Source: Utricularia gibba
Lineage: Eukaryota; Plantae; Magnoliophyta
Length of the DNA stretch: 64,000 bases
Direction of reading: 5' to 3'
NCBI GenBank assembly: GCA_002189035.1
Contig: NEEC01000004.1
Span: 3,596,001-3,660,000 of the forward strand
Part shown: piece after piece, positions 51,570 to 64,000 of the stretch
Position numbering within the stretch: the stretch's first letter is position 1
Layout of the letters: each line of letters starts with the position of its first letter
Program-made: the position numbers and the translations under genes
The notes under the pieces: model-generated
The model's database searches: none
What the model saw: the letters and a program-made list of their open reading frames with translations, nothing else
What the model was told of the DNA's origin: nothing

Positions 51570-53949
51570 TAGTGTTAGGCATGGGTTAGGCCCAACAGGT
51601 TGTGGCCCAGGTCTCACGGGTTTGCCAACCCAACGGGTCCAACCTACGGGTCAAATTTTAGTTTGGACCCATATGTGAGTCAATCCCACGCGTTTCAATT
51701 AAACCCAACCCAACCCATGGCCCAAAGATCAATTAATGGGTTCATGATGGACGTCTCAATATTTTAAAACATATTTTTTAGATTTATATTTTTAGTTTTA
51801 ACTCAAATTATATTAAATAATTAAATCACAATAATTATAAAACTAATATATTTATAAAATATATAAAAATATGCCTCTCATTTTATTAATTTACCTTCAC
51901 TTTTGACGGAGGAATACCATACTACAAATACTTGAAAATAAAAATCAAAACATAACAAAAACTCTTAATATCTCATACTATTCGTCTTCTTCATATTCCT
52001 CTTCCAAACTTAATGCATAATCTTGAAATTTCTTCTTCCTCCTTACCACATCATTCCAATTCTTCAAATATACACATGCCTCCATTGTGTCAGGAGCAAA
52101 TTTTGATCCTTTCTTGATAAGCATTCTCCCACTAACACTAAATGCACTCTCCAAAGACACGGTTGAAACTGGAGGAGTAAGCACATCTTTGGCCATCTTG
52201 GCCAAGATTGAAAAATTTATAGCATTGCTTTTCTACCATGTTAGTATATCAAACAAATCATCATCATTACCTTCAACAATAGGCGTATTGTTGTACAAAA
52301 TATATTCTCCATGTGAGCTAGAGAATCAGGAGGATGAACTATGTTTACTACAAACTAAAGCAATAGGATTAATAGCAAAAGAGTATGAAGAAAGAGATGA
52401 AGGAATAGAAACATTTACTATAGACATATTTGATGCACCATGCTCAATTTCATATAATGAAAACACAGCTTGAATATTCAAAATTTCTTCTCTCTCCAAT
52501 TTAAGAACATCAATAACAAATACATCTTATGTATCAAAACAATGTGCAAACACATTAAGTAGAGTATTCAGTCTTTTTTCCTTTAATCTAGGATCCAAAA
52601 TGGTTGCAACAAAATATAATTGAGGAATTTCATGATAATACTTAAAAAAAATTTTTTACATATCACCTATTAATACTATCAAATGGAAGCTCTTGAGAGA
52701 AATTACAAAAAACATACAAAATGCGAACAAGTGCTTGAAGAACTAAATGTGAAGTAGGAAAATATGAAGGACTTCGCAAATTAGTACAAGAATAAAATAC
52801 TTCAAGCAAGTTAACAAGTTTATCAATAATAGAAAATGAATATTCATCAATCACTCCACAAACATCATACAAATTTTCACAAAATTGAATTAAAGGAATC
52901 TTATAACTAATCAACATTGCCAACATATCATAAGTTGAATTCCACCTAGTCTTACAATCAAGTTTAAAGCATTTAAAAGGTAAATTATGCAAAACAATAT
53001 TACGAAAAGGTTTAATAATATAATTTACAGTATTCAAACCATCTTGCACACATAAATTGAAAGCATGACACGTACATCTATTATGAAAAAAATTCCATCC
53101 GAAATCGGTAAATAATTTCCATTCAAAAGAGAGATAGCATTGTTGTTAGCTGAAGTATTATCTAAGGAAATTGAAAAAATGCAAGAAGAAATTTTGAATT
53201 TATGGCAAATATTCAAAATTACCTTGTAGATGGACGAACCTGAATGTGGAAGCTCCCAATGTTTGAAAATTAAAATTCTTTTCTCTAAATGCCACTCATT
53301 ATCAATCCAAGAACAAGTAAAACAATGAAGCTCTCATTACTGATTCCGGTTCAACTATCATATGTCAAAACAAACTTACAAAATAAAGAATCAAAGTTAG
53401 AAATCAACTTTTTTTTAAATATATTAAAGTCAGTCAAGGCCATATGACGAGCCTTCTTCCTAGAAAATCCTTTATAAGTCAGCTGCAGATAAGAACAAAT
53501 TAAATCATTAAAACCAACATCTTCAACAGCAGAAAGTGTAAATTCCATCGAAATCAACCAATGAACTAGAGCAACATGAAATTTATTAAAATCAAAAACA
53601 AAATTTCCTGCAAGTGACCCTCTAGTAACATGTATTTAGATTATTTATCTTTATGATCACGTTCCATATGCCTTTTCATATTTCCTAAATCCCAAGATTT
53701 ATCTTTTCCTTTTTTAACTAAGTATACCTTCCAGCAATATCCTTGTCGGAAAGGAATTTATGAGGTTTGAAATGGCTCTACCATATTGACTTTCTACCAT
53801 TAATAGATCGTTCAAGCAATGAAGAAGATCCTATTACATTCATATCGAAATCTAAAAAATAAAAAAAAACTCATATTTGCATATTCTTAATACTTAATTG
53901 AAGACTCATATTAATAAATTGAAGATTTTAAAAAAATCAAGTTAGATAT
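51570..53949 (-). mobile_element. Degenerate hAT (Ac/Tam3-like) DNA transposon; transposase remnant about 51978-53800
   Basis: BED-finger remnant (GNMKRHMERDH, about 53660-53700), SISLDNTSANN, LDCKTRWNSTYDML and the dimerization domain AKDVLTPPVSTVSLESAFS. Repeated CCCAAC/ACGGGT subterminal-like motifs at 51575-51730. The matching TIR was not found. Confidence 0.82.
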
Positions 53950-55760
53950 TGTTGGGGTCGAAAATTGGCACTAAGGTGGAGACCGATTTTCGGATCGCGG
54001 GTATAGCCAACGCATCGGATTCGATTAAGATATCAATGTGTCGGGTGATGTGATACATTTGATAGAAATAAAGAATGATATGGATTTTAACATGGAAACC
54101 GTCGGAAAATGGGAAAACCATGGAGCTATCGGAGCTTGCCGGAAAATGGTTTCATTAGATGGAGGTGGAGAAAAGATACAAGTGAGAAGGCTCGTAGTTC
54201 CACCCCTTCTTCTTCAGGATTTTTTATATTTATTGAAGAGGTTAGCCTGACTAAATTCAGAATTCTGTAGATGGCGGCCGCTTTCTGCGCTTGCCGTCTA
54301 TACTGTGGTCCTGATAATAGATAACTATCGGCTGTCCTAACATCGCTGAAATTCAACTACTTTTCAGATTGTCCAAAATGACCGCTGCTATCAAACCCTG
54401 ACACATATCTGTCTATTGACCATCAGCAACTTGTTAGGATACCTTTTGATTCCTTTTTCAGTAACCGATTAATTTTTCCTTGGGTGAATCAGAGAATCAG
54501 AATCACTGCCGTCTTTTCCATTCAATTTCGAGGATTTCAAGACTCTACTGGGCCTCCATTTACTCTAGGGTTTTCCCCCTCCTATTCTGAGTTCTTCTTT
54601 TTCCCGATTTCTTCAGTCGAAATGGGTAGGAAGTCTAGTGAGTTGAACATCTTTGCTATTCGGGCTAAGTACTCGAGCCCAGATGAGTACATCATCAGCC
54701 AGACTAGGGACAGCCAAATACCTTGGGATGCAGGAGAAAGACCCCTTCCTCGCTTCAGTCTTCCGATTCCCATAGCCTATATGAAAAGCAGTCTTCACTT
54801 TCCACTCCACCCCCTTATCGTCCAATTTTTGAATATGTTTGCCATTCTACTTTATTGCCTCTCACTAAACTCGATATTTTGTTTTGCCACTTTCCTCTTT
54901 TACTCGGCGGGCATGAATCCAAGTATGACGCTGGTGGACTTTTTTCAACTTTTCAAAGTTGCAGTCTGTAAAACTAAATGTTTGATGCATGGTTTTTCCC
55001 ACGTTGTTGACCGCATATCGGGTGGTGAAAAGCTGCACCAACTCCCGATAAAACCCCACGTTGCATGGTTCTAACTATTTGAACCAAATTTTCGCTCCCT
55101 TCTGGAGTGAACAAGTGAACAATTTGCATTTCATGGCCTCGGAATGTCGGATTCTCGCCATTCTCATGGGGTCACCCTTTCCATTGTATGTTGGTAGTCC
55201 GCCAGGGACCCTAAATCCCCTTTCCAGTTCTTCCCCGATAAACTTGTTCGAGAAGGGGTCAAAGTGCAGTACTGGGGTGCCTCTTATTCCTTTAACACTG
55301 CTTTTCAAGGCCAGTCAATGTTAGCCAAAACATTCCCTCTCCCGGTGCATAAATTCTGGTCGAATGCATCGCTGAATCCTCTGTTCTCTCTGGCCATGGG
55401 TGGTATTTGCCTGCCTACCACCCTTCTTTACTTGCGGATCTCGTCTAATTCTCTCTTCAGCTCCTCTTCTCTTTTTTCTAAGAGCTTGTTCGCCATATTT
55501 CCTCTCTATGTTCCTAGCTCATAAATTATTTGGTTGTGCCTCTTTCTTCGCAACATCTCTTCCTCAATTTCGGATTCGATCTCCATTTCTTGAAGGTATT
55601 CCGGCATCAATGGTTGCTTATCCGCTCTTTGTCCCATTTTTGGCATTCCCTCTGGCGCATTGGAGTTTAACCCCGAGGATGATTTAATGTTGGAAAATAT
55701 CTCCATCATGACGGCTTTGAGTTGTTCCCTATTGATGACCATGAGACCGGGTCTTGTACG
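53950..55760 (-). mobile_element. Truncated Tat/Retand-type gypsy remnant: putative LTR (about 53950-54403), antisense ORF (54484-55074, plus) and gag fragment (55075-55742, minus)
   Basis: An LTR-like end (TTTTCGACCCCAACA on minus), gag-like PFSNKFIGEELERGFRVPGGLPTYNGKGDP, and an antisense ORF with LHFPLHPLIVQFL..LSLNS. No pol, so internally deleted. Confidence 0.6.
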
Positions 55761-56006
55761 TTGGCGCTAGAGGTGGGTTTGGTTCCGAACCGTCGATTTG
55801 CCGTGGGCAACGATTTTGGTTTCGGTTCGTAACCGTATCCCGAAGGCTTGAACTGAACCGAAACCGGAACCGAACCGTGACCGGAACCACTGTTACTGTT
55901 TGTAGATAGTTTCCAGGCACCCATATGAATCATTATAGGTGTCTAGAATTGAAATATTTAATAAATATTAAATATTTAAAAAATTGATTTTTTATTTTAA
56001 ATAAAA

Positions 56007-56390
56007 TTAGTTATGTAGGTTTTGATAAAATCTAGTATTGTGTAATCCTTGAAAATACCATGTTCCAGTAGGAGTTTTTTTTGGAAAAGATAATGCAAAA
56101 AAATTTGACAAGGAAGGTTCTACATATTCTTCTTCATACAAATGTAATAATGCTAAGATAATACTATAGGAAGATGGTGCTAAAAACCCAATAGGCAATC
56201 TCAAGTAGGTGAGCATATCAAGAGCAAAGGAATGAATAGGTAGCCTAAGACCAACATCAAATGTTTTACAAGATACAAGCCAAGCATTGAGATGTTCATG
56301 AGGGGGATTTGCAACAAGAGGTATGTTTTGCGGAACATGAATTGTCAACCAATCCATTGGGATGAAATATTTAACACGAAATCTATCCAT
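56007..56390 (-). pseudogene. Second Tat/Retand-type accessory ORF remnant
   Basis: FDVGLRLPIHSFALDMLTYLRLPIGFLAPSSY..WYF resembles the GLRLPLHPF..L.P.QL.PNS motif of gypsy accessory ORFs. Confidence 0.55.
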
Positions 56391-57070
56391 TCCCTAATCA
56401 ATAAAGGATACATAATAAGAATGGAATTCTAAAAATAACGAAATGGAAAACAACAAAACAAATATGATATTAACGATGAAAAACGAAACTAAACCCAACT
56501 AAATATATAATTATATGAAAAGACAATTTTTAATAACTAAACCCAATTTAATATAAAATGCATACTGCAACAACAAATGATAGAATACATTTCACAAGAT
56601 TATCCGATTTTAAGTCGACGAATTCTGGGCTTTCAGGAGCACGACGACACTGATAAGAAGAGTCTTTGTATGCATCAAAAGGTGATGTAAACTAGGTAGA
56701 GTTGTACACTTATATAATGGATGCCAACTTTTAAAGAAAATCATATTGCATAGATTAATTCACATCCATATATAATCTATATCAATTATTTAAAATAATT
56801 AAAAAAATTGCAGCACCTACAAAATACTCATTATTTGATATGCCATCCCAAATTTCAAATTTTAAGTATTTTAAAAATTATAAACGAAAAAAGTTATGGA
56901 TGTATTTCAGCGACACCTATCCATTACGTGTGTTTGAATGTACCTTCTGAAAATCCAATTATTCTTACATTATTTTAAAAAATGACAAGAATGTATTACA
57001 CATTTAATTATCCTAAACCCTTAATTATACTACAAATTAAAAAGTTTTTGTAGTTTTTGTTCATAGTAAT

Positions 57071-57722
57071 TGTTACGTGCCGTTTCCTCAACAAATTTTA
57101 AATATTTAAAATATAAAACTCAAAAAAGTGTAGTACAAGTATCGATCTTAGGAAGTTGTTGCCAATGGCCAGTGGTAGGTCCAAGGTCATAACCTGTCCA
57201 CTGTCGCGATACCTAGGTCATAAACAATCCGCTACTTCCCATCGAACCGGCAGGGTTGGAGTTGGAGTGTCCTGCTACTCATGGACCTTGACTAGGAGTC
57301 GTTACAGAAGGACTGCAACAAGACGCATGGAAGTATGAAAAATCCGAAATGAATTCAGCTAAGAACCGAGTGTATTGCTTAGGACTTGGAAGGAAATTTC
57401 ATCTTCTCCCAAAAAGATTCAAAACTAAATACTCCAAGTAGCTTTTATATCACTCCCCACATGCATTAACTCCTTTTAGTCTCATTCTCATCATTCATTC
57501 TGTCTTGTGTGTGCCAGCAGCTTTCCTTTGCGTGCAAGTTAGCGCCCAATCAATGCTGCAAACTCTGACATGCTGTAAGTTATGGGACTTGACCAGTGTT
57601 AGTCTTCCGCCCACAATCGTTCCAAATCACGCACAAGGCACAAAAAGTCAGAGTCTGACCTCCTGCAATATTCTTACGATACTCCACGACAGTCTCTTGA
57701 CATGTCACGGTCAAAATGTATG
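57071..57722 (-). mobile_element. Diverged, internally deleted LTR of the element-2 family (solo/partial)
   Basis: Colinear similarity to 40346-41500 (CGTTTCCTCAACAAATTTTAAATATTT; TTGCCAATGGC.AGTGG.AGGT; CTACTCATGGACCTTGACTA), with many substitutions and a deletion of roughly 350 bp. Confidence 0.85.
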
Positions 57723-60488
57723 AAAAAAGACAGAAAAAATAAGATATTTATGGTTTACGACAGAAAAAATGTCACGGTCAAAATGTCTCTTGACCAGTGT
57801 TAGTCTTTCCTTTACGATATTTTTGCTAAAAATGTTTTAAATTAAAATGTGATTGATTTGTATGTCAACAACACATTTATAATTTTTTGTTTTAGTATAA
57901 AATTATTTATAATAATTATGCACGAAAAAATATTTTTTATATTATGGATGTGAATTTTAATTGTAAATCATTTAATAAACAATTTACATCCGTAATCAAA
58001 TTTAATAGTATTTTCATAAATTATTTTGGCGGCCCCTACAAGAAACACTTTTATATATGTGTCGTCCATATAAATTAATTTAAAAAATAAAAATAAGCAC
58101 GATACAATATAAATAAGTTATTTTATAGGTATTGTAATAATGTAATAATTTATTTTAAAATAAATTCGATGGGACAATCAAAATCTGACATTTCGTAAGT
58201 GTGTCTAATCGAAAATAAATGGGACGGCTCTTTATAAATTAGAGCCTCCTTCTAACAATCCTGTAGACATGCATAATACTCCCATAAGGCATGCTCCTCA
58301 CGTATGGGAGGTTGTCATATTCGATTCTCATTAACATAACTTGGAACATCATGAACATACCATAACCCTTCAAGGAAACTCCGTATATCACCATCAACAT
58401 TTAGTGATGTATAATCCTTATTAGTATGCGAATAGGGACTTGGAAAAACAATATTATTTTCTTAAAAATTAAAGGGTTTTGATGTATAACCAAGTATATG
58501 TTAGAGTACACTAGTAAAAATGACTTATGGGATTTTTCATTGACTTGTGAGGCGAATCATCAATTAATAAGGTATTGTGACGGTCATATCTTGTGTTCAA
58601 TCCATTGTTGACAGCCCAGCCCATACACGACTCAACTCCTTCATGTAAATCGCGTTACTAGGATTGTTGTGAACACATACGTCGGTGTCCGTAATTATGG
58701 TTTGGTCCCATACGAAAATGAGTTTATCGAATAACGAAGGTGGAAAGACTCATTTAGTGATTGCTTGTAGTTGCTCCCTACAAAATAAATCACTTGCAAG
58801 TATTTGCACAATTCTAAATACCAAAAAAAAAAAGATGCAGCACACGTACCCCCTACGCCCTAAACATTTTCTTCTCTCGTTCATATTCGCACCATGTTAA
58901 AATCTCCTATACAACACATGTATCCACTCCCATTATTGTACAATATTTCCAAATCTTCCTACAAGCGTTTTTATTTTTTGTCTTCCTATTGGAGCATAAA
59001 TATTTATCATACAATGCTTATAATCTATACCCTTCCATTTACCAACTACTATCATAAATTAATTGGCATCAAAAACATCTTCTTTACCAAACTGTTGCCG
59101 ATCTCAAATTGAAATCAAACCATTCAATCTACCTTGCAAACGATAGTAAAATCTCAATATTCCCACAAACTCGCTATTAATCTCTCTATTGTTTTCCTAA
59201 ATTTCATCTCATATATCATAGCATATTTAGTTTTTCATATTTTATCAGATCTTGAAAACACTATCTCTTTTTTCCTCTACCCAATTTTTACACGAAATTT
59301 AAGATAATATTTCATGAATCTCCTCAATATTTACTTGAAAATATAACTTTTTGAAACCTGATTATATAAAGTATTTAATACTTTAATTTACAAAAAATGA
59401 ATTAATGCATATAGAATTATGAACATTTTGGATTGATCAAATCATTATTTTGTAATTACATTTTAAAATCCAAAATCATAACTAAATGGATTAACATGTT
59501 TTTAAAACACAAGTGCAAGATATCAAATTGATTGCATTGGAAACAAAATGAATCAATTTATCAAAAGATTGCATAACATGTTGAGAAGAGCAATGAATGA
59601 AACATTATTTAACTAGTAGAGCTTGCCATGTTATCCATAGAAGGTGCAAATGAATAAACTGCATGCTGAACTGGAGGGAGAATATCATAAATATACAATA
59701 ATAAGCTGGTCTAAATAGTAGATGTTGGCTTCCCAGCTAATGAGTGGTGCTTGAGCTCACTAAATCATTTCTCATTCTCATCATCTTCTCATATACGATG
59801 TTTAGCAGCGTATCAAACCCCAAATGTGTGAATGCAAAACCTGGGTCTGGACCACCCAAATCCGAATGCACTGTTCCTGAACAAGAATATGGGTGCGAAA
59901 TATTCGCCAACATCCGTTTATGGAGCAGGACGAAGTCGGTGGGAACTTGGAGTTGGAGCAGCCAACCACCTGTAATAACGAAGGGCGAGTCCAGTGCAGC
60001 TCCATCCAGTGAATGTTACCGCTGCCGGCCAAGAATCAGATTGATATTTTTTCCCAATCAAGAAACCAATGCATGATGACAAAAAACTACATTCCAAAAC
60101 TCTAATGGTGCTTATTTCTACTCGAAATAGCATCTTCTGTCATCGCAAAAAATTGACTGGATGATGATGATGCTTGAGTTGTGTGGTATACCTTGCCCCT
60201 TGCCCCTGAATTTCAGTTCCTTGTTTATCTATAAAGGAAGAGCTGTGTTGGTGAAAACGCCAAGGGAGGGGTTCTTGGAATATCTGAATCAGCTTCGTTC
60301 TTCACCTTGGTTTTTTTCTTGTAACACTCATCTGGTGGTGTTCTCTTCTTTCCAGTTTTCACAAAACTACAGTCACCGCATTGATTTCCCACCATTCAGT
60401 TGTTACAAAAGACAAGAAAAGAAAAGAAAACCGATCCGATCGCTTTGCTTGCTTTTTGTCTCTCTGTACAGTTAACTATTCTGAGGCA

Positions 60489-61015
60489 ATGGGATTTCTC
60501 CACAAACTCTGGGACGAAACGCTGGCCGGGCCTGCCCCCGACTCTGGCCTCGGGAAACTCCGCAAGTGCAGCTCTCTGTCCGCCGAAGCTGAAGGTACGG
60601 CTGCACTGGCCCCTGTTTGCCGCAGCATGCCCACGGTGCGCACTCGCAGCGAGGGGGTGGAGTCTCCGTTGTCCGCTCCTGCCTCCCCTCTCGAATCCGG
60701 AACTCCGCGCTCGCCGTTTTCACGTGAGTTCGTTACTTGCTCACCGTCCAGTACTCACGCCTTTCTGATGACTCCCTTTCACTTCCATTCCCTTCCAGCG
60801 ACGACGCCCGGAGGGAATTTCAAGAAGTTCACGAGAAGGAAACCCGCCATCCACAACCCAGAATCCGAGTACAGGACTGGGTATGACTGGTTAGTAGTAA
60901 ACACACCATCAATTCAACACAAATGCATGCATATCCATGGCAACCGGCAACCCATGGCCTGAGTATTATAGTATGCGGCTGCAGGATCGTGATACAGAGC
61001 GCGCTGGATCATTGA
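60489..61015 (+). CDS. Dormancy/auxin-associated (DRM1/ARP family) protein, 3 exons
   Basis: MGFLHKLWDETLAGPAPDSGLGKLRK... Exons 60489-60723, 60799-60889 and 60985-61015 join in frame and end YDWIVIQSALDH-stop. TATA-like TCTATAAA at about 60227. Confidence 0.88.
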
Positions 61016-62602
61016 AGAAGGCTCTCTCTGGTGCCTCAGTCAGTAGCGTAGCAGACAGATCCCGCGCCATGTGTGCATACCTAGTAGTAGTCCGTGCAGG
61101 TGTAGGTAACTAAGCAGCAGAAAAAGCCCCACGGCCCCCACGGTCGTGTGTTAGAACCACGTGTCATCAAGAAACCACGTGCATGTATTCTGTAATATAC
61201 CCCCTAAATCCATACGGATGATTAAACCAACCTGTAATTATGCAACAAAAAGATAGTCGTTTCTGTCAACTTGGCTGCGTCGCCTTTTACATTTTTCAAC
61301 AATAAAAAGAATTGGTAAATCCAATAAAAGTAATTTATATTTAATTTAATTATCAATAGTTTTTTTTACTTTGGATTCTATAAATAATGAATTTCAATTT
61401 TTCATGATATTTTGTTTCTATTTCAAAAAATTTAAATTTTAATGAATTAGAATATTTTTAAATAAATAAAAAAAATTTTATGTGCGAGCAATGAGTTTTT
61501 TGTAATAAAGAATTGTAAATGATTGAATTTAATACTAATTTTTTAATAATTATATTACATTTTTTTATTTTAATTTTACAAGGATAATTTGGAATTTTTT
61601 TAAAAAAATGATTTTAAAGGTAGTAATTTTTTATTTCTGTTTTTTTTTGTTGGAAATGATAATTAAATCGTTTCTAAAAATAGTACTCCCAAAGGCGCTT
61701 TATGTTTTGATAGGTTGTCCAATTTTAGAAGTCGGTGAAGCTCAAGATGGCATAGGTTGAACCTGACGCTCAAATGGTGGTACCAACCAGGTTGCAGCCA
61801 TTGAGTTCAAGGTTGGTGACGTGTATTTGAACTCGTTTTTTCTTCGTTAGCTAACACTAAGCGTGATTATTTTTGTTGATGATAAAGCTTTGATGCAGTG
61901 TTGTCGGAGAAGAAAGCGCATAACAAAAGACCTTGCTTTCAGTGGACAGGGGAATAGGAAGGAATAAGAGAGGTCATGCTATCGCATTCAATGTAATGTA
62001 CAAGGTTTGAATTGTGGGTTTGGAAATCCGCCCAAGTGTTAATGCTGCTGTAGATCTACTCAAATGGAGGTCACGCCATGCCGTTGGCAATCAAATGCTG
62101 GTATGGGAATCTGTTTTTTCTGCCACTCCCATTCATTTCACTGCATTTGCTTGTATTCTTCTACTACCTCCTGCACGTTTCTCCGTCTTTTGCTCCTCTA
62201 GGGTTTTTCATTTTCTGTTCCTGGATTCTGTTTCTTTCTAGCCCTGCTTGAATGCGGCGCGGCGCTTCTTGTGGCTTGCCAACCCTTTTGCTGTTCTGCA
62301 TTACCCATTCTTTGCTCTTTCTTTCTTCTGCTGGGTGTGTGTATTGCCCAACTGGAAAGAAAAGCTACGGCTTTTAACTGGATTTTAGTCACCCAGAAAA
62401 AAATAAATAAATAAAAGCGTAGCTGGGTGGCAATTTGTGTCCCTATCTTAGTTTGCTTTTTGGAGTAGAATCGTGGCTCTACTTGCAAAGTGTCGACTTC
62501 ATTATGATTTACTTTTCTGTAGGAGATCGAGTTGAAGTTATGGTTATGAGAAATGAGATGTGTTGTTGCTGATCCTTTCAAGAAAAACAAAAAAAATAGG
62601 TT

Positions 62603-63995
62603 ATGGAATTCTTCAAGCTGAGTAAGTTCAGGAACGCTCACAATCCTGCTTCTGACAATGCGACCCAGAATCATCAACCAGTTCTCCAGCCTGATGTGGA
62701 GAGTGGGAGAGGCGTTTCCTATTTCGTTAGCAATTCTCATTCTGAAAATAATAGTGAGGTTAAAGACGAAGAGGATGATGACGATGATTTCATTACAAAT
62801 GAGGTCAAGAGGAGGCTGAAAGAGCTTAGGAAAAACAGCTTTATGGTTTTGATACCAGAAGAAACAGCTCTTGCTGATGACGAAGAAGAGGGAGACGAGG
62901 GGAGTCCAGCTCTAGTGAATGGAGGGATGTGGAATTGGAGGGGCGGCAGTTCTGGTCTGGATTTGATGCTGTATATGACATGTATTGTGAGCGCATGCTG
63001 TTCTTCTATCGTTCCAGTGTGCAGCATCTGCAGGAAGTTGGTAATTCTTTGCTATTGTTGAATCTGAAGCAGTTCCTTTATTTCTGTATTGTGCCTTTCT
63101 TTTGCATCATCCTTGTCTGCTGGGTTCCTTCTGATTACTCTGCTAGGAAGTAGTAGGGTAAAGCCGTACATGCATCATGTTTAGTTTGACGAGGTTCCCA
63201 TAGAAAACCAAAGACATGCCTGGTTTTGTCACCGAACCAGCTACTCATCTAAGACGTCCATCCATATATTGCTTTCTTTTGCCCACAATTAGAAAGATGC
63301 TTCACACTATGTGAAGATGGTTTTTTTGATATTATCGTGCTGATTCGGAGGATTGTGTCGGGGCTTAATATTTCTTAGGTCCACGAGCTGGCCCATAAAC
63401 AATTAATATCCTAGTTTTGCTGCCCGCATTTTGTAACTAGGGCAGTAGTATTATTTTTCCTAGTCATATCTGAACTTTGATGAGCCAGCATCGATGTTGT
63501 TTGTTCATGATTTGTTTCTGACTACATATGAACCAGGGGTAGCCCTGTTCTCAGTATATTCCTGAAACTCTAACCTTAAGTGTAAAATCCGCAGGTTTTC
63601 ATGTCTGTTCGACACCATCACCTCGATCTGCATCTAAAAAGCTTTCTTCACCTCTCGGATGCCTATTCTTGCGAAATTTTGATGCACAAGAAGAAACCCA
63701 GTGCTTGCAGAAGCCTGGTAGTGATCCTTGTCATGAGCTTGAAACTGCTTATGTTGCTCAAGTGTGCCTGACATGGAGGTCCTTCACTGTCAATATACCC
63801 AATTCAGTCAGAAAATATCCCAGCAGCCTGAAAGTCCTACTTCCTACAACCATAGTGCTCAGTTGTTCCAGCAGTTTCAGGTCTTGCTGCAGAGATTCGT
63901 TGAGAATGAACCATTTGGAGTTGGATCAAGGTCAGAAATTTATGCCCGAACCCGAATAGCATTACCCAAACTACTTCAGGTTCCAAAAATTCAAG
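62603..63995 (+). CDS. DUF1666-family protein, first two exons (continues beyond window); two apparent 1-nt G-run frameshifts
   Basis: DDDDFITNEVKRRLKELRKNSFMVLIPEE, ELETAYVAQVCLTW, FQQFQVLLQRFVENEPF and LPKLLQVP. Exons 62603-63040 and 63595-63995. Confidence 0.82.
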
Positions 63996-64000
63996 GTATG

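Noticed and set aside
55769-55900. AACCG/GGAACC repeat cluster resembling a DNA-transposon end, and a TGGCGCTAG PBS-like word
   Set aside because: No matching TIR or TSD was found, and the PBS-like word has no LTR end before it and faces away from the gag fragment.
58279-58330. 8-bp inverted repeat CTCCCATA/TATGGGAG with a nearby TTCGATTC box
   Set aside because: Too short to support a SINE, tRNA or Helitron end, and expected by chance.

Overview
AT-rich plant (eudicot-like) nuclear DNA. Positions 1-13210 hold a near-identical head-to-tail array of a chimeric 4467-bp unit that begins before the window. Each unit has an Athila-type LTR, the promoter plus exons 1-7 of an ACA9-like Ca2+-ATPase, then an antisense gag 5' fragment and PBS. 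The array shares its last LTR with a full-length but coding-decayed Athila retrotransposon (13211-24021, minus). That element sits about 1.06 kb upstream of the full-length ACA9-like gene (25081-31609, plus), which converges on an MSR1-like O-fucosyltransferase-family gene (31799-33432, minus). The rest is an AT-rich intergenic tract, a second Athila element (40346-51301, minus), hAT and Tat/Retand remnants, a degenerate LTR, a dormancy/auxin-associated gene and the start of a DUF1666 gene. The top leads are three: (1) the LTR/ACA9 array as a possible antisense-silencing or dominant-negative locus, with an eccDNA-like origin as one model; (2) a 17-nt near-copy of the tRNA-Asp 5' end where element 1 should have its polypurine tract; (3) LTR pairs far more alike than their decayed coding regions imply. 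Several single-base homopolymer deletions suggest long-read assembly error, so array copy number and identity need read-level confirmation. All comparisons were made by eye, and family or reference-sequence matches come from memory, not database searches.
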